A stretch of 24,000 bases of DNA from an uncultured Clostridia bacterium (GTDB lineage Bacteria; Bacillota; Clostridia; Lachnospirales; CAG-274): positions 10,438-34,437 of the forward strand of contig CAJTVH010000029.1 in the NCBI GenBank assembly GCA_910579745.1, read 5' to 3'. Within the stretch, counting starts at the first letter, position 1; each line of letters starts with the position of its first letter. This document shows, piece by piece, positions 1 to 8,241 of the stretch. Below the pieces are notes generated by a model, which ran no database searches, was not told the origin of the DNA, and was given only the letters and a program-made list of their open reading frames with translations. The position numbers and the translations under genes are program-made.

Positions 1-1828
1 CTTTTGAAACCTTTCCATTTTCAAAGGCAAATATCATATATCCCGAATAATCCGTAGTAGCTGTAATATATATAATATTCTCATCTTCCTCCATATCAAT
101 AATATTCGCTAAATATTCACCAAGACTGCTTGCTTTACATTCCGATAAATCATAAATTTTTGTTTTATATACATTAAACCTATCGGAAAATAAAAGTAAA
201 TCCATTTTGTTTGAGGCCTCAATTTCCATAACCATTTCATCATCCTCTTTAAGTTTCTGTTCTGAGGCTGACCTTAAAGAAGCGGCTGTTATTTTTTTTA
301 AATAATTATGTTTTGTAAGAAATAATTTAACTTGATAATCCTGAATAAATACCTCTTCCGAAAACTCCTTTATATTTTCCTTATAAATAATATCTGTTTT
401 TCTTGGCTTTCCATATTTTTTAGAAATCTCTTTAAGTTCATCATAAATAATATCTTTAATAAGAGATTCGCTTTCTTTAATTTCCTCAAGCTTTTTGATT
501 TCCTCTGAAAGTTTTTTTCTCTCATCTGCTTTTGCCAAAAGATACTCTTTATTAAGATTTCTAAGTTTTATTTCCGCTATAAATTCAGCTTGAACTCTGT
601 CAATATTAAATCCTGCCATAAGATTCGGAATAACCATTTTATCTTCTTCGGTATCACGAATTATTTTTATAGCTTTATCAATATCAACAAGAATTTTAGC
701 GAGACCTGATAAAAGATGATATTTTTCATTTTTCCTGTTCAAATCAAAAACAATTTGTCTCTTCATACATTTAATACGAAAAGCCAGCCATTCTCTTAAA
801 ATTTCTTTGATGCCAATAACTCTTGGATTTCCATTAATAAGTATATTAAAATTACAGTTAAAACTGTCGCGAAGAGGAGTCATATTAAAAAGTTTATGCA
901 TAAGCATATCAGGGTCCGTGTTTCGTTTAATATCTATAGCTATTTTAAGACCGTTAAGGTCTGTTTCATTTCTTATATCATTTATTTCTTTAAGTTTATT
1001 TAATTTCACAAGACTAATTATTTTATCGATAATCACTTCGATATTGGTAGTATATGGTATTTCATAAACCTCAATGAGTCCATTTTTTTTATCATACCTA
1101 TATTTAGATCGAACTTTAAAGCTTCCCCTACCCGTATTATATATTTTTTCAATTTCCTTCTCATCATAAATAAGCTCTCCGCCAGTTGAGAAATCAGGAG
1201 CTTTTAAATATTTTTTTAAATCAACGTCCTCGTTTCTTATAAAAGCTGACGTCGCGGCACATACCTCTTTTAAATTAAAACTGCATAAAGAGCTTGCCAT
1301 ACCTACGGCGATACCAAGATTTGAAGTAACAAGAATATTGGGAAAAGTAGTAGGAAATAATATGGGCTCTTTCAAAGAACCATCGTAGTTATCAATAAAA
1401 TCAACCGTATCTTTATCAATGTTCTTAAAAATCTCATTGCAAATCCCGTCAAGTCTTACCTCTGTATATCTTGACGCGGCATATGCCATATCTCTTGAAT
1501 ATTGCTTTCCGAAATTTCCCTTTGAATCAATAAATGGATGTAAAAGAGCGTCGTTTCCCCTGGTAAGTCTGACAAGTGTTTCATAAATAGCGCTGTCACC
1601 GTGAGGATTAAGTTTCATTGTTTGTCCGACAACATTTGTGGATTTTGTTCTTGACGAATTAAGAAGACCCATTTTATACATAGTATAAAGAAGCTTTCTA
1701 TGGGCCGGTTTAAATCCATCAATTTCGGGAATCGCTCTTGAAACAATCACACTCATTGTATATGGCATATAATTTAGCTCAAGAGTATCTGTTATATTTT
1801 GTTCAATAATATTTTTTTCATCGGCCAT
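1..1828 (-). CDS. Type IIA DNA topoisomerase subunit A (GyrA/ParC family, probably the topo IV-like paralogue). First ~609 codons only; the 3' end lies beyond the window start.
   Basis: Absent from the ORF track because it has no stop inside the window. My translation from ATG 1828..1826 reads MADEKNIIEQNITDTLELNYMPYTMSVIVSRAIPEIDGFKPAHRKLLYTMYKMGLL...MKLNPHGDSAIYETLVRLTRGNDALLHPFIDSKGNFGKQYSRDMAYAASRYTEVRL, which carries the active-site RYTE tyrosine motif. Further on it reads DFIDNYDGSLKEPILFPTTFPNILVTSNLGIAVGMA. The frame is still open at base 2 (...FENGKVSK). GGAG lies 8 nt upstream of the ATG, and the ATG is 12 nt after the stop of the subunit B gene. Confidence 0.9.
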   Translation of the reverse strand, partial: MADEKNIIEQNITDTLELNYMPYTMSVIVSRAIPEIDGFKPAHRKLLYTMYKMGLLNSSRTKSTNVVGQTMKLNPHGDSAIYETLVRLTRGNDALLHPFIDSKGNFGKQYSRDMAYAASRYTEVRLDGICNEIFKNIDKDTVDFIDNYDGSLKEPILFPTTFPNILVTSNLGIAVGMASSLCSFNLKEVCAATSAFIRNEDVDLKKYLKAPDFSTGGELIYDEKEIEKIYNTGRGSFKVRSKYRYDKKNGLIEVYEIPYTTNIEVIIDKIISLVKLNKLKEINDIRNETDLNGLKIAIDIKRNTDPDMLMHKLFNMTPLRDSFNCNFNILINGNPRVIGIKEILREWLAFRIKCMKRQIVFDLNRKNEKYHLLSGLAKILVDIDKAIKIIRDTEEDKMVIPNLMAGFNIDRVQAEFIAEIKLRNLNKEYLLAKADERKKLSEEIKKLEEIKESESLIKDIIYDELKEISKKYGKPRKTDIIYKENIKEFSEEVFIQDYQVKLFLTKHNYLKKITAASLRSASEQKLKEDDEMVMEIEASNKMDLLLFSDRFNVYKTKIYDLSECKASSLGEYLANIIDMEEDENIIYITATTDYSGYMIFAFENGKVSK

Positions 1829-1840
1829 AAAATTTACTCC

Positions 1841-3817
1841 TTAACTCATTTCGCTTAAATCAATATACTTATATCCGAATTTTTCAATAAAATCTTTTCT
1901 CCCTTGTAAATTGTCCCCGAGAAGCAAATCAAACATACGCTGAGTTTTCTCAACATCCTCCGGCATAACAAGAATAAGCTTTCTTGTCTCAGGATTCATC
2001 GTTGTCTGCCACATCATCTCTGGCTCATTCTCACCAAGACCTTTAGAACGCTGAATATCATATTTGCCTTTAATTTTTTTAAGAACATCGGCCTTTTCTT
2101 TTTCTGAGTAAACAAAATACGTTTTTTTGCCACTGTTTATTTCATATAAGGGCGACTCGGCAATAAAGACCTTTTTCTTTCTTATTAAAGTTGGAGCGAG
2201 ACAATAAATCATAGTAAGCAGTAAAGCCCTTATTTGAAATCCATCGACATCGGCATCCGTACATATAATAATTTTGCTCCATCTAAGTTGGGAAATATCA
2301 AAAGAATTAAGGTCTTTATTATGTTTTGACTTTATCTCAACTCCACAGCCTATAACTCTTAATAAATCAATAATAATATCGCTTTTAAAAATTTTTTCAT
2401 AATTCGCTTTAAGACAATTAAGAATTTTACCTCTTATGGGCATAATTCCCTGAAATTCAGCGTCTCTGCCCATCATACAGGAGCCAAGAGCGGAATCGCC
2501 TTCCACAATATACAATTCACGCCTTGTAATGTCTTTTGTTCGACAATTCACGAATTTCTCAACACGATTATTCATATCTATATTACCGGTAAGTTTCTTT
2601 TTAATATTGATTCGGGTTTTCTCCGCTGTTTCTCGGCTTCTTTTGTTTACAATAACTTGATTAGCTATTTTTTCCGCTTCGGATTTATTCTCAATAAAAT
2701 AAATCTCAAGCCGTTTTTTTAGATAATCCGTAATCGCTTCTTGAATAAATTTATTAGTAATTGACTTTTTAGTTTGATTTTCATAACTTGTAACGGTTGA
2801 AAAAGAATTTATAATAAGAACAAGACTATCCTCAATATCGGAATAAATTATTTTTTTTTCGTCTTTTTTATAAATCTCGTTATTTTTCAAATAATTGTCA
2901 ACAGCGTAGACAAAGGCCGACCTAACCGCTTTGTCAGGAGAACCTCCATATTCAAGATAACTTGAATTATGATAATACTCAATAGTATTTTTTTCGTTGG
3001 AAAAGCAAAAAGCAACCTCAAATTTAAGTTTATATTCAGGTTTATCTTCTCTGTCACGGCCTTTTGTCTCATTTTCATAATATTGAATATCTGTAAGCCC
3101 ATTTTCACCAATAATCTCATTGATATAATCTTTGATTCCGTTTTCATAGCAATATGTAAACGTTTCCTCGCTCTCCTCATCAAAAATCTCAAAAATCAAT
3201 CCTTTGTTGACTATAGCTTGTCTTTTTAAAGTATCTCTATAATAAGAAAGAGGTATATTTATATCGGTAAAAACTTCTCTGTCCGGTTTCCAATAAATAT
3301 AAGTTCCCGTTCCTGTGTCATCAGTTTCTTCCTTTATAAGTCCCCCGACATTCTCTCCCCTCTCAAAATTAATACGATATTTAAAACCGTCTCGCACAAC
3401 AATAACTTCCATAAACTCAGAACTGTATTGAGTGGAACAAAGTCCGAGACCGTTAAGACCAAGACTAAATTCATAATTTGTGCCTGAATTATTAAGATAT
3501 TTCCCTCCGGCGTATAACTCGCAGAAAAGAAGTTCCCAGTTATACTTTTCCTCTTTCTGGTTATAATCCACGGGTATTCCCCTGCCATAATCTCTAACAG
3601 TTATCGACATATCTTTATGACGAATAACCTCAATTTTATTTCCAAACCCCTCTCTCGCCTCATCAATAGAGTTTGAAAGTATCTCAAACACTGAGTGCTG
3701 ACAGCCCTCAAGACCGTCAGAGCCAAAAATAACAGAAGGCCTTAAACGTACTCTGTCAGCGCCTTTAAGTGATGTAATACTTTCGTTATCATAAGATATG
3801 TTATTTTTATCTTCCAC
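1841..3817 (-). CDS. Type IIA DNA topoisomerase subunit B (GyrB/ParE family, ATP-hydrolysing; probably the topo IV-like paralogue)
   Basis: 658-aa ORF with GTG start at 3817 and GGAGGTG 7 nt upstream. Motifs seen: GHKL ATPase N-terminus (FEILSNSIDEAREGFG), LGLNGLGL lid, Toprim motifs (YIVEGDSALGS, PIRGKILN) and the acidic cluster IICTDADVDGFQI. It sits immediately upstream of the subunit A gene in the usual B-then-A order. Confidence 0.92.
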   Translation of the reverse strand: MEDKNNISYDNESITSLKGADRVRLRPSVIFGSDGLEGCQHSVFEILSNSIDEAREGFGNKIEVIRHKDMSITVRDYGRGIPVDYNQKEEKYNWELLFCELYAGGKYLNNSGTNYEFSLGLNGLGLCSTQYSSEFMEVIVVRDGFKYRINFERGENVGGLIKEETDDTGTGTYIYWKPDREVFTDINIPLSYYRDTLKRQAIVNKGLIFEIFDEESEETFTYCYENGIKDYINEIIGENGLTDIQYYENETKGRDREDKPEYKLKFEVAFCFSNEKNTIEYYHNSSYLEYGGSPDKAVRSAFVYAVDNYLKNNEIYKKDEKKIIYSDIEDSLVLIINSFSTVTSYENQTKKSITNKFIQEAITDYLKKRLEIYFIENKSEAEKIANQVIVNKRSRETAEKTRINIKKKLTGNIDMNNRVEKFVNCRTKDITRRELYIVEGDSALGSCMMGRDAEFQGIMPIRGKILNCLKANYEKIFKSDIIIDLLRVIGCGVEIKSKHNKDLNSFDISQLRWSKIIICTDADVDGFQIRALLLTMIYCLAPTLIRKKKVFIAESPLYEINSGKKTYFVYSEKEKADVLKKIKGKYDIQRSKGLGENEPEMMWQTTMNPETRKLILVMPEDVEKTQRMFDLLLGDNLQGRKDFIEKFGYKYIDLSEMS

Positions 3818-3958
3818 AATTAAACACCTCCAATGACAAAAACACTTATTTTAACGCTAATATATAATAAAATAATTTTTCTATTCTATATATTATTCCT
3901 ATATTTTTACTCAATATTAAACAGTATTTTACATATTCTAAATCGCGTTTACATAAGT

Positions 3959-3986
3959 AGTATATGTCAACTCGATTTATAGTCAA
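3959..3986 (-). promoter_or_regulatory. Candidate sigma-A promoter for the topoisomerase operon
   Basis: The minus strand reads TTGACT (3986..3981), a 16-nt spacer, then TATACT (3964..3959). This is about 140 nt upstream of the GTG start. Confidence 0.45.
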
Positions 3987-4010
3987 AACACTTAAAAATA
4001 AACAAGTTCA

Positions 4011-4185
4011 GTGGCGCAAAATCATTTTCGTTTCGTTAGTGTAAGTCGGTATAGGCTCCGGCTACGCCCTCCTTCCGCCGCCTTGCGAAAATAATTTTTA
4101 TCTCGCTTCCTTTTGTCCATTTTCAGGTGCTTTGACTAACGGCAGACTTGCTTATGTTAAAACAAATCTGCCATTTTTCTGTTTG
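4011..4185. ncRNA. Unassigned G+C-rich, helix-forming island (candidate structured RNA; strand unresolved)
   Basis: The core 4046..4087 (tcggtataggctccggctacgccctccttccgccgccttgcg) is far more G+C-rich than the surrounding intergenic DNA. Three complementary pairs are visible: 4018..4030 (AAAATCATTTTCG) with 4086..4098 (CGAAAATAATTTT); 4034..4040 with 4135..4141; and the hairpin 4141..4150 with 4163..4172. No ORF with a usable RBS is present. The island lies upstream of, not inside, the predicted topoisomerase promoter. Confidence 0.3.
4141..4185 (+). terminator. Intrinsic-terminator-like hairpin plus T-run (plus-strand sense)
   Basis: GGCAGACTTG, a 12-nt loop, CAAATCTGCC, then ATTTTTCTGTTTG. 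The T-run exists only in the plus-strand sense. The single C.A mismatch in the stem becomes a G.U pair if read on the minus strand. It lies 30 nt beyond the stop of the minus-strand acyltransferase pseudogene. Confidence 0.45.
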
Positions 4186-4203
4186 TATCACAGTCTCTTT
4201 AAA

Positions 4204-5237
4204 TTATTCTCTTAAAAATAAAGGTATTTTTTTTATAAACATAGACAATAGCAATGATATTAAATAAATTATCATCGTTATAAACGGAACAGAAATTAAA
4301 GGATTAAAACTATATAGAAAAAAACTTATTTCTTCTGGTACAATTTTTATTACAGCGTGATGAATCAAATATATCCCAAGAGTATATTTAGCTATACTCA
4401 TAAATATATTTTTTAAACTTTTAGGCAATTTAAAATCATATTTGAAAAACAAAAAAAACAGATGACGTTATCATTGTTGTATTTATATTTCCATATCCCC
4501 ATAAAGTTCCATTTAACGTTCCCGTGTTTTTTGATAAATAATATGTGCCTAAAACTGTTACCATAACAGATAGCGTACCTAAAATATATATTATTTTTCT
4601 TTTGTTTTTTGATATTTCTTTCACGGAAAAATAATATCCCAAAAGAAAATATCCAGAATATCCTGATATTAATAAATTTAATATCCTTTGATAATTTCAT
4701 TAGTATTAAACGCTGAAATTACACAGCTTGATATAAGCCATATAATTAAAATATATTCTACTATTTTTATTTTCTCACATATGAGACGATATATTGGTAC
4801 AGCGATATAAAAAGCGAGCAGCTGTAACAAAAATCCCATATGATACTCACCTTTTGCCCAATTAGTAAAAAAGATGTTAAGAATTTCAGTAGTGTCTTTA
4901 TTATCTGATATTAAAGGAACAATGTTTATAAAAGCGTAAATAAAAGACCATATAACAAATATTAAAAGTATTTTAAGAAAGTGTTTTTTAAAAAATTTTG
5001 TTATCCCAAATTCTTTATTAGGATTCAAAATTAGCGCGCCGGAAACCATATAAAAAAATTTACAGGAAATCTTACAGAAGATGCCCACATAATTAAATAC
5101 TTCCAAGAATCGTTATTAATATCTTTTACATAAGGCGCGCACACGTGAATCATTATTACAAAAAACGCGGAAAAAACTCTCAAATATTCAATATATTCTA
5201 TTTTAGATATTCTTGAAGTATTTAAAGCGTTTCTCAT
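4204..5237 (-). pseudogene. Acyltransferase family 3 (OatA/OafA-like membrane acyltransferase), disrupted by at least 3 frameshifts
   Basis: Consecutive minus-strand ORF pieces in three frames read as one protein of about 345 aa: ...RISKIEYIEYLRVFSAFFVIMIHV... / ...KFFYMVSGALILNPNK... / ...LISGYSGYFLLGYYFSVKEIS... / ...YTLGIYLIHHAVIKI... Shift 1 is inside the A7 run 5052..5058; one extra base would give VRFPVNFFYMVSGAL. Shift 2 is near 4680..4700. Shift 3 is in the A5/A8 runs 4445..4458. The likely original start is ATG 5237, with AAGAGGAA upstream. Confidence 0.8.
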
Positions 5238-5264
5238 ATATCTATTCCTCTTAACTATATTCAA

Positions 5265-6839
5265 TTATTTATTTTTAGCGCGTTCAACATTTATTTTTCT
5301 ATTTTTTATTTTTTTACCTTTCATTCCTTTTAATACATCTTTTACATATTTTTTAGGAACGTCAACAAATGTAAAATCATCATATATATCAATATGCCCC
5401 AGAGATTTTCCCGGAATACCCGATTCTCCCGCTATAGCGCCAACAATATCTTTCGCTCGGACTTTTTTATTTTTTCCGATATTAATAAACACCCGAACCA
5501 TTTTCTCTGTATCCGTGAAAGTATCCTCGAAATCTATATCCTCGCTGTCCTCGTCATATAAATTCATTTTCAAAAGAGCCGCTGCAATATCAATAGACGA
5601 TATGTCCTCGTTCATCATTTTCTCAACAAGATTTATATATTTTGAGAGATGATTTTCTTCTATTACTGCTTTAATTTTTTCTATAAAAGAGTTTGTTTTC
5701 GCCTCTTCTATGTCCGTTAAAGACGGAAGTTTTCCTAAATGAATTTTAGCTTTTGTAAATTTCATTATATCACGAAGTTTATATATTTCACGTCCCACAA
5801 CAAAACTAAACGCTTTACCTGTTTTTCCGGCTCGACCTGTACGTCCTATTCTATGAACATAATACTCCTCATCTTGTGGAAGGTCGTAATTTATTACTAT
5901 GTCAACGTCGTCAACATCAATACCTCTTGCCGCCACATCTGTAGCGACAAGTATCTCTATAGTTCTGTTTCTAAATTTTTTCATTACCGTATCACGTTGA
6001 ATTTGTTTTAAATCCCCGTGAAGTCCCTCGGCGAAATATCCTCTTCCCTGTAATTGCTCAACAAGGTCGTCAACTCTTTTTTTAGTATTGCAAAATATTA
6101 TTGAGAGTTCAGGATTATACATATCTATAATTCTTGAAGTCGCCTCAAGCTTTGTTTTTTCCTTAATTTCAAAATAAGTTTGCTCAATATTAGGAACAGT
6201 AAGCTCTTTTCTCGCTACTTTTATATGCTCAGGATTTTTTTGAAATTTTTTTGTAATCTCAATTATCTCAGGAGGCATGGTCGCCGAAAATAAAACTGTC
6301 TGTCTTTCTTCAGGCATTTTTTCAAGAATAGTTTCAATATCCTCACGAAATCCCATATCAAGCATTTCGTCGGCCTCATCAAGAACAACTAATTTAACGC
6401 TGTCCATTTTTATGGTATGTCTTCTCATATGGTCCATTATTCTGCCCGGAGTGCCTACAATTACTTGTATGCCTTTTTTAAGAGCGAATATCTGCCTATC
6501 TATAGGCTGACCTCCGTATATAGGCAAAGTTTTGATACTATCCTTATATTTTAAAAGTTTTCTAAACTCTTCGCATATTTGAATAGCGAGTTCTCTTGTA
6601 GGCGATAATATTACCGCTTGAAGCCGCTTATCATCAGGATTTATCATTTCAATACAAGGAATTCCAAAAGCCGCCGTTTTACCCGTTCCTGTTTGCGACT
6701 GGCCGATTATATCTTTTCCCATCATCACTTTTTCTATCGCCTGTGACTGAATAGGGGTCGCTTCTTCAAATCCCATGTCTTTTACGGCATTAATAATCTC
6801 ATAGGATAAATTCATTTCCTCAAAAGTTAAATTTGACAT
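5265..6839 (-). CDS. DEAD-box ATP-dependent RNA helicase with a C-terminal DbpA-type RNA-binding domain
   Basis: Motifs seen: Q-motif/GFEEATPIQ, motif I GQSQTGTGKT, Ia PTRELA, II VLDEADEM, III SAT, VI HRIGRTGRAG. The C-terminal segment RVFINIGKNKKVRAKDIVGAIAGESGI...IDIYDDFTFVDVP is typical of the DbpA RBD. I prefer ATG 6839 (AAAGGA 7 nt upstream) over the TTG at 6842 used by the ORF track. Confidence 0.93.
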   Translation of the reverse strand: MSNLTFEEMNLSYEIINAVKDMGFEEATPIQSQAIEKVMMGKDIIGQSQTGTGKTAAFGIPCIEMINPDDKRLQAVILSPTRELAIQICEEFRKLLKYKDSIKTLPIYGGQPIDRQIFALKKGIQVIVGTPGRIMDHMRRHTIKMDSVKLVVLDEADEMLDMGFREDIETILEKMPEERQTVLFSATMPPEIIEITKKFQKNPEHIKVARKELTVPNIEQTYFEIKEKTKLEATSRIIDMYNPELSIIFCNTKKRVDDLVEQLQGRGYFAEGLHGDLKQIQRDTVMKKFRNRTIEILVATDVAARGIDVDDVDIVINYDLPQDEEYYVHRIGRTGRAGKTGKAFSFVVGREIYKLRDIMKFTKAKIHLGKLPSLTDIEEAKTNSFIEKIKAVIEENHLSKYINLVEKMMNEDISSIDIAAALLKMNLYDEDSEDIDFEDTFTDTEKMVRVFINIGKNKKVRAKDIVGAIAGESGIPGKSLGHIDIYDDFTFVDVPKKYVKDVLKGMKGKKIKNRKINVERAKNK

Positions 6840-7349
6840 CAATATTTCCTTTCTTGTACAAACAAAAGTTAATTTATATAATTATAAGACAAAATTTTAT
6901 AGTTAATAAAAACATTTACAAATATGGCAAGCCACTCATTTTATTTAATTAAAAGAGATTGTTCTATACTAAAAAAGAAGCTCATAATTAAAACGCTCAT
7001 AAGATATACTATAACAAGATATAGAGAAAATTGCAAGAAATATATTTTTATTTTATAAAAAATATATTTGCTGCAACTTTTAGATTTATAATAAAAATAC
7101 TTTTATTGACTATTCAAAATCACCTTTACTATGTAAAATATAATAATGACCAAATTAAGGATTTTCAGGTACATTTTAATAAAAAATTATTTTATATGAA
7201 TTATTTTACGTTATATCTAAAAATTATTTTCCAATATTTTTAAATATAAAATATTTTTTATTTCCACTGTAAAATTCTTATAATCAAACAAAGTTGATAT
7301 AAATTTGGTTATACACCGCAAAATTTTATTAGGAGGAATTAAATAAACT

Positions 7350-8186
7350 ATGCTAAGTGTTTTTGAGATTTTAAAAGTTATTTTTTTAGGAATTGTGGAA
7401 GGAATTACAGAGTGGCTCCCAATAAGCAGTACAGGACATATGTTGCTTGTCGATGAGTATTTAAATATAAAAATGACCCCTGAGTTTAAAGATATGTTTA
7501 TTTATGTAATTCAGCTTGGAGCGATTTTGGCCGTTGTAATTCTTTTTTGGGAAAAAATATTTCCTTTTCAGACAAAAGATAAAACTAAGCCGATAATAAG
7601 AAAAGATGTGTTCAGTATGTGGTTTAAAGTTGTTGTCGCTTGTATTCCTGGCGCTTTAGTAACAATTTTATTCGACGACTATATAGAACAACATTTAGGA
7701 ACACCAGCCATTATCGCGGCGGCGCTTATTTTCTATGGTTTCGCTTTTATTATTATTGAAATATGGAATAAAAGACGTGCTCCTAAAATCAAAACAGTAG
7801 ATGATATGACATATTTAACAGCTCTTCTTATCGGTTTATTTCAAGTTTTATCGATAATTCCCGGAACCTCACGCTCAGGGGCCACAATTATCGGGGCTCT
7901 TGTAATAGGAGTTTCAAGAATCGCGGCGGCGGAATTTACTTTTTATTTAGCTATACCAGTTATGATTGGTATGAGCGCTTTAAAACTTTTAAAATACATA
8001 TTGGACGGCGGCGTTTTTTCCGGCGGAGAAGTATGTATAATGTCAATAGGAACTCTTGTCGCGTTTTTAGTTTCCGTATTTGTAATAAAATTTTTAATGA
8101 GTTATATTAAAAAACATGATTTCAAAGTTTTTGGAGTATATAGGATTATATTAGGTGTAATCGTCCTTATACTTTTAAATTTTTAA
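7350..8186 (+). CDS. uppP: Undecaprenyl-diphosphate phosphatase (UppP/BacA)
   Basis: 278-aa polytopic membrane protein with the family signatures GIVEGITEWLPISSTGHM and PGTSRSGATI. AGGAGG lies upstream. Confidence 0.95.
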   Translation: MLSVFEILKVIFLGIVEGITEWLPISSTGHMLLVDEYLNIKMTPEFKDMFIYVIQLGAILAVVILFWEKIFPFQTKDKTKPIIRKDVFSMWFKVVVACIPGALVTILFDDYIEQHLGTPAIIAAALIFYGFAFIIIEIWNKRRAPKIKTVDDMTYLTALLIGLFQVLSIIPGTSRSGATIIGALVIGVSRIAAAEFTFYLAIPVMIGMSALKLLKYILDGGVFSGGEVCIMSIGTLVAFLVSVFVIKFLMSYIKKHDFKVFGVYRIILGVIVLILLNF

Positions 8187-8241
8187 AATAAATACTATCA
8201 CTAATTTTAAAAATTTTTATTAAAGAAAGGTTTATTATTTT

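Noticed and set aside
3925-3945. dif-like sequence (minus sense TTAGAATATGTAAAAT), near the topoisomerase genes
   Set aside because: It resembles the two arm cores of the Bacillus-type dif site but lacks the 6-bp central spacer and the outer arm positions, so it is not a credible Xer site.
4046-4087. SRP-RNA domain IV-like GGAAGGA...GUAGCC (minus sense) and a B12-box-like GCCACTG at about 4012-4018
   Set aside because: These are short partial resemblances only. The flanking conserved SRP positions (GGUCAGGUCC...AGCAGCC) and the other cobalamin-riboswitch core motifs are absent.
4413-4700. 95-aa minus-strand ORF within the acyltransferase locus
   Set aside because: It is an alternative frame of the frameshifted acyltransferase pseudogene. 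The family-like sequence (LISGYSGYFLLGYYF...) is in a different frame over most of this span.
7031-7243. 70-aa plus-strand ORF in the helicase/uppP intergenic region
   Set aside because: It has a TTG start with no RBS and an extreme A/T, low-complexity translation (IYFYFIKNIF...). An open run of this length is within chance expectation for this composition.
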